DNA of 64,000 bases from Sphingomonadales bacterium 28-55-16 (GTDB lineage: Bacteria > Pseudomonadota > Alphaproteobacteria > Sphingomonadales > Sphingomonadaceae). This document shows, in pieces, positions 57,534 to 64,000 of the stretch; position 1 is the stretch's first letter, and every line of letters begins with the position of its first letter. A program made the translations under genes and the position numbers. The notes beneath the pieces are model-generated. The model saw only the letters and a program-made list of their open reading frames with translations, ran no database searches and was not told where the DNA came from. The stretch spans positions 31,685-95,684 of the forward strand of contig NCGG01000015.1 of assembly GCA_002278855.1 (NCBI GenBank), written 5' to 3'.

Positions 57534-58868
57534 ATGATTAAGAAAGCAATTTTTGGCGCACTTTTGGCCAGCGCGATCACCGCGACACCCGCGGCTGCGG
57601 AGCCGGATTACGCAGCTTCAGTGAAGGCGGACTATGACAAGTCGCTTGCGACATTGTGGGACCATTTCCATCGCAATCCAGAATTGTCGTTCCGTGAATA
57701 TAAGACTGGCGCGCGTATGGTAGAGGAGCTGCGCGCTGTTCCCGGCATGGTGGTAACCGACAAAGTCGGCGGCACTGGCGTGGTCGGTATGTTGAAGAAT
57801 GGTGCCGGGCCCGTCGTCCTCATTCGTGCGGACATGGATGGTCTGCCTGTGCAGGAACGCTCCGGCTTGGCCAATTCCTCCACGGTCCGGCAGGTCGGGG
57901 TTGATGGCCTCGAAATGCCCGTCATGCACGCGTGTGGCCATGATGTGCATATCACGTCAATGGTCGGCACCGCGCGGCAAATGGCGCGGATGAAGGACCG
58001 CTGGAAGGGGACGATCCTGTTCATCGTTCAACCTGCAGAAGAACGTGTTGGCGGTGCCAAAGCAATGGTTCAAGACGGCCTCTACACCCGCTTTCCTAAG
58101 CCAGATTATGCCTTGGCCTTCCACGTCGCAGCCGAACTTGAGACCGGCAAGATTGCCGCATCCGAAGGGATTCAATATTCGTCTGCAGACAGCGTCGACA
58201 TTCGCGTTCCGGGTATCGCGACGCATGGCGCTGCCCCGCACCTCGGCCGTGACCCCGTCTATATCGCGTCGCAAATCGTCGTAGGGATGCAGTCGATTAT
58301 CAGCCGTGAAAAGGGCCCATTGGACGCTGGTGTGATCACTGTTGGCGCGTTTCATGCCGGAACGAAGCACAACATCATTTCGGAATATGCTGACCTTCAA
58401 GTCACGGTGCGCGCCAACAGCCAGGCTGTGCGCGATCAATTGATTGCCTCGATCGAGCGTATGGCCAAAGGTATTGGCGCAGCCAACGGTTTACCAGCGG
58501 ACAAATTGCCCATCGTGAAGGTCAATGAAAGCACGCCTGTAACCGTCAATGACGGCGCGCTCGCCCGCCGCTTGAATACAGCGATTGCGAACGCACTGGG
58601 CAAGGACGTTGTAGTACCATTCCGCCAGTCCAACATGGGCGCAGAGGATTTCGCGTTCTTCGTAGATTCGCAATATGGCATTCCCGGCTATTATTTTGCC
58701 GTTGGTGGGACCAAGCCCGAATGGATCGCCGCAGCAAAGAATGGCGGCGCGCCTGTTGCTGGCCATCATTCACCCTTGTTCAAGATCGACCCGGAGCCAT
58801 CGGTGCGTTTGGGCATTGAGGCAATGACAGCAGCAGCGCTCGATCTGCTTGGCACCGGCAAGAGCTGA
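57534..58868 (+). CDS. M20D amidohydrolase, secreted
   Basis: Signal peptide, HRNPELS, RADMDGLP, MHACGHD, QPAEE, AEDF, HHSP. Confidence 0.93.
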   Translation: MIKKAIFGALLASAITATPAAAEPDYAASVKADYDKSLATLWDHFHRNPELSFREYKTGARMVEELRAVPGMVVTDKVGGTGVVGMLKNGAGPVVLIRADMDGLPVQERSGLANSSTVRQVGVDGLEMPVMHACGHDVHITSMVGTARQMARMKDRWKGTILFIVQPAEERVGGAKAMVQDGLYTRFPKPDYALAFHVAAELETGKIAASEGIQYSSADSVDIRVPGIATHGAAPHLGRDPVYIASQIVVGMQSIISREKGPLDAGVITVGAFHAGTKHNIISEYADLQVTVRANSQAVRDQLIASIERMAKGIGAANGLPADKLPIVKVNESTPVTVNDGALARRLNTAIANALGKDVVVPFRQSNMGAEDFAFFVDSQYGIPGYYFAVGGTKPEWIAAAKNGGAPVAGHHSPLFKIDPEPSVRLGIEAMTAAALDLLGTGKS

Positions 58869-58900
58869 TCGCTGCGAGCGGCAGGGTATAGGACGGCCAG

Positions 58901-59221
58901 ATGGCGCGAAAAATACGCGATCATTACGAAGCGGACGACGCAACAGCTGCGCCTGAAATAACCTGCTGGCTCTGTGCACGACCGATGGGTGATATGACCG
59001 AATGGCACCATCCTGTCCCGAAAAGCCGGGGCGGGAAAGAGCGGCAGCCGGTGCATCCGATTTGCCACCGCACTATCCACGCCAATTTCACCAACAGTGA
59101 TCTTGAAAAGCGCTTTGCCACCGTCGACGCGCTTTTGGCCCATGACGAAATCGGGCGGTTTGTTGACTGGATTGCCAACAAACCGCCCGACTTTAACGCA
59201 CCGACGAAGGACAGGCGTTAA
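58901..59221 (+). CDS. Small HNH endonuclease-domain protein
   Basis: CWLC, WHHPVPKSRGG, HPICHRTIH. Confidence 0.85.
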   Translation: MARKIRDHYEADDATAAPEITCWLCARPMGDMTEWHHPVPKSRGGKERQPVHPICHRTIHANFTNSDLEKRFATVDALLAHDEIGRFVDWIANKPPDFNAPTKDRR

Positions 59222-60211
59222 TCAATGCTGCACGTGTGAATGGCCGTCATCCCTGGTTTTCCAGAGGGAAAACAGGATGCCGCCCAAGATAAGGCCGAAG
59301 GTCACGCCAAGGCTCAACACGGGCGGGAATTTGTCGCCGTCCATGAGGAAATGGGACACAAAGATTTTTGATCCGATAAAGACCAAAACCAGCGCCAGCG
59401 CATATTTCAGATAATGGAAACGATGCACCATCGCGGCCAACGCAAAATACAAAGCACGTAGGCCCAATATGGCCATGATGTTTGATGTGTACACAATGAA
59501 GGTATCGGTGGTGATCGCAAAGATCGCTGGCACCGAGTCTACGGCAAATACCAAGTCGGCCAAGTTGATGACGACCAGCGCAAGGAACAAGGGCGTCGCT
59601 GCGCGGACCATCTTGCCGGTCTTCTCGTCACGCACCTTTACAAAGAACTTCTCGTCATGAAGCTCTTTGGTCACCCGCATATGGGTCGAGATATATTTAA
59701 CGACCGGGTTCTTCGCGACGTCCATTTCCTGATCACCACTGAACAGCATCTTGATCCCAGTGGCGATGAGGAAGCCAGCGAAAATATACAGGGTCCAACC
59801 ATATTCCTGCACAATGGCCGCACCCGCCGCAATCATCAGGCCGCGCAAAACGATGACCGCGATGATCCCCCAAAGCAAAGCCCGATATTGATATTTACGG
59901 GGTATCGCGAAGAAGGTGAAAATCAGGCTGATGACAAAGACATTATCAATCGACAGCGCCTTTTCGATGAAAAAGCCCGTATAATATTTCATGCCCATGT
60001 CGGCGCCCTTTTGGAACCAGACCCACAAGCCAAAGAGCAACGCGATGCTGATGTAGAAAGCAGAGAGCTTAAGGCTCTCGGCGATGCCCATTTCCTTGTC
60101 TTCCTTGTGCAGGATGCCAAGGTCGAAAGCGGTCAACGCGACCACTATGCCAAGAAACGATAACCAAAACCAGACCGGCGTCCCCAACCAGTCCATCAAC
60201 AAAAATTCCAT
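59222..60211 (-). CDS. TerC-family (Alx-type) membrane protein
   Basis: EKALSIDNVFV, ALLWGI..VLRG, DLVFAVDSVPA, YTSNIMAILGLRALYF. Confidence 0.93.
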   Translation of the reverse strand: MEFLLMDWLGTPVWFWLSFLGIVVALTAFDLGILHKEDKEMGIAESLKLSAFYISIALLFGLWVWFQKGADMGMKYYTGFFIEKALSIDNVFVISLIFTFFAIPRKYQYRALLWGIIAVIVLRGLMIAAGAAIVQEYGWTLYIFAGFLIATGIKMLFSGDQEMDVAKNPVVKYISTHMRVTKELHDEKFFVKVRDEKTGKMVRAATPLFLALVVINLADLVFAVDSVPAIFAITTDTFIVYTSNIMAILGLRALYFALAAMVHRFHYLKYALALVLVFIGSKIFVSHFLMDGDKFPPVLSLGVTFGLILGGILFSLWKTRDDGHSHVQH

Positions 60212-60236
60212 GAAATAATTCCCTGTTGCACGTGAA

Positions 60237-60286
60237 TGCTAGCACTATATGGGCCGAGCGCAGCCCGACCCAACGCAGTGCTAGCA
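60237..60286 (-). ncRNA. Strong two-stem hairpin in the terC 5' region
   Basis: UGCUAGCACU/AGUGCUAGCA (10 bp) plus GGGUCGGGC/GCUCGGCCC (9 bp); no U tail; ends 25 nt before the ATG. Confidence 0.5.
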
Positions 60287-60294
60287 CTTACAAA

Positions 60295-60489
60295 TTATAT
60301 TTTGCTAAATCGTATAGGCCGCCCAAATGAACCGTCAGCGCGGCCTTGCAGCCTATCTTTTATCGCCAGCTTAAGCCGCTTCAGCTTTTGTATCCGGAAT
60401 GCATTAGGCCAGCGCCGGGCAATTTCTGCGCGCAATTCGCGGTCTATTTTCTGGTGATATTGCATTAGGCGAAACGACGAAAAAGTCAT
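60295..60489 (-). CDS. DUF465/YdcH-like small protein
   Basis: HQKIDRELRAE...RIQKLKRLKLAIKDRL; RBS GAGGA before ATG at 60489. Confidence 0.8.
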   Translation of the reverse strand: MTFSSFRLMQYHQKIDRELRAEIARRWPNAFRIQKLKRLKLAIKDRLQGRADGSFGRPIRFSKI

Positions 60490-60523
60490 GATAGCATCCT
60501 CACTGAACATAGTTGAAGTTCAA

Positions 60524-60598
60524 TCGGATGCTCCGGGCTCGGCCAAACGTATTTCGGGGGTTTGAAGACCGCCTGACCAATGCACCGGAAACATCCGA
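60524..60598 (-). ncRNA. Candidate cis-regulatory RNA (terC-motif-like leader) upstream of DUF465-terC
   Basis: P1 UCGGAUGUUUCCGG/CCGGAGCAUCCGA, P2 UUGGUCAGGCG/CGUUUGGCCGA, loop GUCUUCAAACCCCCGAAAUA. Confidence 0.55.
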
Positions 60599-60723
60599 TG
60601 CGGCCGACATCACATTTCTTCCGAAGAAGCAAACGTCAGAGGGGCCCGGTCCGCCCACAAGTTATGGAGCGATTCGGTCTGAATTGCAAGATGCTTTGCC
60701 GCGTGCGCGATCGGTCTGCCGAC

Positions 60724-61563
60724 TTAATCCCTCAACAGGTCGTTGATTGCGGTCTTTGCGCGGGTCTGTGCATCAACGCGCTTAACGATGACGGCACAGG
60801 AGAGATTTGGTCCGGGGCTACCATCGGGTAACGCTTTACCTGGTACCGAGCCGGGCACCACGACGGAATAAGCAGGGACTCGTCCAACAAAGACTTCGCC
60901 GGTTGTGCGGTCGATAATTTTGCTGGTTGAGCTGATGAAGACGCCCATGGATAAAACGGAACCTTCCTCGACAATCACACCTTCGACGACTTCGGAGCGC
61001 GCGCCAATGAAGCAATTGTCCTCAATGATGACTGGGCCCGCCTGAAGTGGCTCCAATACCCCACCAATGCCCACGCCGCCCGACAAATGCACATTTTTGC
61101 CGATCTGCGCGCAGCTTCCCACGGTGGCCCAAGTGTCGACCATCGTTCCCTCATCCACACGCGCACCGATGTTGACGAAGCTCGGCATCAGAATGACGTT
61201 TTTGCCGACATAGCTACCGCGACGCGCCACGGCGCCCGGTACGACACGGAAACCTGCTGCCCGGAAGCGGTCGGCATCCCAGCCGCTGAACTTCGAGGGC
61301 ACTTTGTCATAAGCCGGCGCACCAGCAGACCCGTCATCGACAAGCACATTGTCGTTTAGGCGAAAGGACAATAATACCGCTTTTTTCAACCACTGGTTCA
61401 CCTGCCATGTGCCATCGCGCTTCTCTGCGACGCGAAGGGACCCATCGTCCAATCCTGCCAAGGCCGTCTGCACGGCATCACGTACTTCGCCCTGAGTGGC
61501 GCTGGAAACACCGTCGCGTGCGTCCCAAGCGGCGTCCAAAATTGTGGCTAGCTGGTCAGTCAT
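60724..61563 (-). CDS. dapD: 2,3,4,5-tetrahydropyridine-2,6-dicarboxylate N-succinyltransferase
   Basis: [46 protein letters not shown]. Confidence 0.98.
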   Translation of the reverse strand: MTDQLATILDAAWDARDGVSSATQGEVRDAVQTALAGLDDGSLRVAEKRDGTWQVNQWLKKAVLLSFRLNDNVLVDDGSAGAPAYDKVPSKFSGWDADRFRAAGFRVVPGAVARRGSYVGKNVILMPSFVNIGARVDEGTMVDTWATVGSCAQIGKNVHLSGGVGIGGVLEPLQAGPVIIEDNCFIGARSEVVEGVIVEEGSVLSMGVFISSTSKIIDRTTGEVFVGRVPAYSVVVPGSVPGKALPDGSPGPNLSCAVIVKRVDAQTRAKTAINDLLRD

Positions 61564-62234
61564 ATTGCGCCTTCCATTGTGTGGATGGAGGAAAGCCAGT
61601 CCTTCAGATCGGCAATCTCGAGATCTACATATTCGTCTGTGCTACCGCTATCAGCTTCGGTGCCGTGATTCACCCAAATTGTTGTCATGCCCAACGCTTT
61701 GGCTGGCGCAAGGTTGTGCGCGGAATCCTCGACAAAAAGCGCCTGGGCCGGATTGATATCCAGTTCCGCGCACAGCCTGTCGTAGCTGGTTGCTGCGGGT
61801 TTTGGCACATGCTGCATCCGGTGAATATCGAAGATGTCTTCAAACAGCTGATCCAGTCCGCGCGCCGCCAAGACCCGGTCGGCATATGGCGCATCCGCAT
61901 TGGTGAAGATGAGCTTCCGACCAGGAAGCGACGTAATCTGACGGCGCAAATCGGGATCGGGACGCAATAGGTCCATGTCGACATCATGCACAAAGTCCAG
62001 ATAGCCATGTGGATCTACCTTGTGTTCGGCCATTAACCCACCCAACGTGGTGCCATATTTCTTCCAATATGTGTGCCGTATCTGATGCGCTTCATCGGAG
62101 CCGATATTGAAATGCTTTTCGACAAACAAAGCTATCCGGTCGCGTACTTGCGCCATGATATTCGCGTCTGGTGTGTAAAGAGTCAGGTCTAAATCGAAGA
62201 TCCAAGTATCGATATGTGAAAGCATTTTATGCAT
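61560..62234 (-). CDS. Pyrimidine 5'-nucleotidase (HAD-IA)
   Basis: [35 protein letters not shown]; precedes dapD. Confidence 0.9.
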   Translation of the reverse strand: MHKMLSHIDTWIFDLDLTLYTPDANIMAQVRDRIALFVEKHFNIGSDEAHQIRHTYWKKYGTTLGGLMAEHKVDPHGYLDFVHDVDMDLLRPDPDLRRQITSLPGRKLIFTNADAPYADRVLAARGLDQLFEDIFDIHRMQHVPKPAATSYDRLCAELDINPAQALFVEDSAHNLAPAKALGMTTIWVNHGTEADSGSTDEYVDLEIADLKDWLSSIHTMEGAI

Positions 62235-62341
62235 GCTTTCCGCCTACCAAGCTGCGCCGTAATTCTCAACCTGGATGTTAAGAATTTGGAAAGTGAATCC
62301 TGCATAAGTGCAACGCGTCTCTCGCTGAAAGTTGCGCCTGC

Positions 62342-64000
62342 ATGCACATATCAAAATTTGATCATAAGGTCGCACTGACCAGTTCTGTTGTTTTTGCACT
62401 CACTTTGACCGCATGTGGAGGCGGTGGCGGGGTAAACTCGACGCCTTCGCCCGCCGGTTCGGCGCCGCAGATTTTCACCCCTCCCCCTTCTCCACCTCCC
62501 CCCCCACCACCGCCGCCGCCAACAAATTTCACTACGAACGAGTTTATGCGGTCGGCGGGTTTGGGCCTTCATAATGCCGCCACCGCTTACCGCGCAGGTG
62601 CATCGGGGCGCGGAGTCACCGTGGGGGTCATCGATTCGGGCATCGACCCCAACAGCCACGAATTTGTAGGCCGCATCCATGCACAATCAGGCGATGTGAC
62701 CGGCGCAGGTAGGCCACTGGGCGATGATGATGGGCACGGCACCGAAGTGACGCGCGTCCTGGCCGCTGCCAAAGATGATCGCGACGTGCATGGCGTGGCT
62801 TTCAACGCGACAATATTGGCGCTTCGGGCGGATCAGGCGGGAAGCTGCAATACGCCGGCCACAGGAGATGATTCTGCTGCCTGTTCGTTCTTCGACTCTG
62901 CCATTGCCGCAGGCGTCAACCGCGCGGTCGACAATGGCGCGCGGGTCATAAACATTTCACTCGGCAGTGCGGGCGGTGCAAGCAGCCTATTGCGATCAGC
63001 CATCAATCGGGCGACCGTGGCTGGAACCGTCATCATTGTGTCCGCGGGCAATGAAGGCAATAATACTGCGCCGGCTTTTGACCCGAACAACCCAAGCCCC
63101 TTTGCTCAGGCCCTGTTAGCCAGCGGGAATGGGCTCGTAATCATTGCGACATCGGTCGATGACAATAATGTGATATCCAATTTTAGTAACAAGGCGGGTG
63201 TTGCGCAAAATTCTGTTTTGTCCGCAATGGGCCAAGGCGTTTGCTGCGAATATCGGAATGACACGATCTATCGGTTCGTCGAAAATGGGCAAACTTTTGT
63301 CCGTGTTTTCAACGGTACGTCTTTCGCTGCGCCTCAGATTTCGGGCGCAGTGGCTCTGCTGGCGCAAGCCTTTCCCAATCTGACGGGGGCACAGATTGTA
63401 AACCTGCTCTTGTCGTCAGCGCGTGATGCAGGTGCCGCTGGTACCGATGCGATGTACGGACGCGGCATATTGGATATTGGCCGCGCCTTTGCACCCGCCG
63501 GAACCACGTCGCTTGCGGGCACAACTATGGCCGTTCCGCTGAGCGGAAATGGCGGCACGACGTCGGTGCCTATGGGGGATGCCGCTTTGTCCAACAGTCC
63601 CCTAAATGCCGTGGTGCTCGACAGCTATGGCCGTGCCTATGATATCAACATGGCTGAAGGCCTAACCGCAAGCGCGGCGCGTATGCGGCTTACGCCTGCG
63701 CTGGTCGATCAAGGACGTGCGGTCAGCCTGTCGCGGGGAACAACGGAACTTGCCTTCTCGATTAGCGCGCACAATGGCGGCAATGCCCAGCTTACGCCCT
63801 TGGCTCTGTCCCATGGGCAGCAGTATCAGGCGCGTATATTGGCAGGCCGCATCAGTGCCGCCATCGCGCGCGATACACGGTTTAGCCTTGGCATTCGCCA
63901 AGCAGCCGCTGGACAGGTTGCGGCATTGCAAGGCATGTCTGGTGGGGCCTTCCTGACCGCGACAGATGCGCGCATGGACAGCGGGTTCGAACGCGCACCG
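62342..64000 (+). CDS. S8 (subtilisin-like) peptidase lipoprotein, runs off the right edge
   Basis: Manual translation, open to the window end: lipobox LTACGGGG, poly-Pro linker, VIDSG (D), HGT (H), SAGNEG (N), GTSFAAP (S); absent from the ORF track because there is no stop. Confidence 0.93.
   Translation, partial: MHISKFDHKVALTSSVVFALTLTACGGGGGVNSTPSPAGSAPQIFTPPPSPPPPPPPPPPTNFTTNEFMRSAGLGLHNAATAYRAGASGRGVTVGVIDSGIDPNSHEFVGRIHAQSGDVTGAGRPLGDDDGHGTEVTRVLAAAKDDRDVHGVAFNATILALRADQAGSCNTPATGDDSAACSFFDSAIAAGVNRAVDNGARVINISLGSAGGASSLLRSAINRATVAGTVIIVSAGNEGNNTAPAFDPNNPSPFAQALLASGNGLVIIATSVDDNNVISNFSNKAGVAQNSVLSAMGQGVCCEYRNDTIYRFVENGQTFVRVFNGTSFAAPQISGAVALLAQAFPNLTGAQIVNLLLSSARDAGAAGTDAMYGRGILDIGRAFAPAGTTSLAGTTMAVPLSGNGGTTSVPMGDAALSNSPLNAVVLDSYGRAYDINMAEGLTASAARMRLTPALVDQGRAVSLSRGTTELAFSISAHNGGNAQLTPLALSHGQQYQARILAGRISAAIARDTRFSLGIRQAAAGQVAALQGMSGGAFLTATDARMDSGFERAP

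Noticed and set aside
58901-59221. HNH protein as a homing endonuclease, mobile element or defence gene
   Set aside because: Stand-alone 106-aa protein with no intron, terminal repeats, integrase or modification partner nearby
1-64000. tRNA/rRNA genes, IS elements, prophage, CRISPR arrays
   Set aside because: No T-loop/anticodon cloverleaf, rRNA signature, transposase, integrase or phage gene was recognised by eye

Overview
A 64-kb core-chromosome segment of a Sphingomonadaceae alphaproteobacterium (Sphingorhabdus-like; inferred from gene content and protein style, not searched). It is densely coding, and I found no CRISPR array, prophage, transposase, tRNA or rRNA. From left to right: etfA(partial)-etfB, a SAM methyltransferase, sucC, HAD, ykgO/rpmJ (not in the ORF track), a shortened DUF4136-like lipoprotein, M14 peptidase, GNAT, gpmA, purEK, folA, dipeptidase, ribF, ileS, lspA, two DUF3035 paralogues, dxs, Fur/Zur, MerC, ctaA and rplM-rpsI. 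rplM is frameshifted by an apparent ~28-nt deletion. Next come a surface-glycan/anionic-lipid cluster (flippase, GT2, TagF-like, HAD-IB, NTP transferase) directly abutting rpoN-lptB-lptA-lptC-rnd, then a double-CSD cold-shock protein, dps, TMEM165, rpmG (not in the ORF track), a DivK-like regulator, DUF3572, HAD, RidA and GNAT. An ~11.7-kb CoA-dependent beta-oxidation cluster with a TetR and a recurring palindromic operator follows, then thrS, DUF305, TauE, uvrB, two EF-hand DUF3617 lipoproteins plus a serine hydrolase, M20, HNH, DUF465-TerC with two structured RNA elements, dapD, a pyrimidine 5'-nucleotidase and a partial S8 protease lipoprotein. Best leads: (1) the CDP-polyol/glycerate-type glycan module fused to the Lpt operon in a family that typically lacks LPS; (2) the structured leader of DUF465-terC; (3) the TTTAATCG-N2-CGATTAAA regulon; (4) the broken essential gene rplM. 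All family assignments are motif recognition by eye; no database searches were run.
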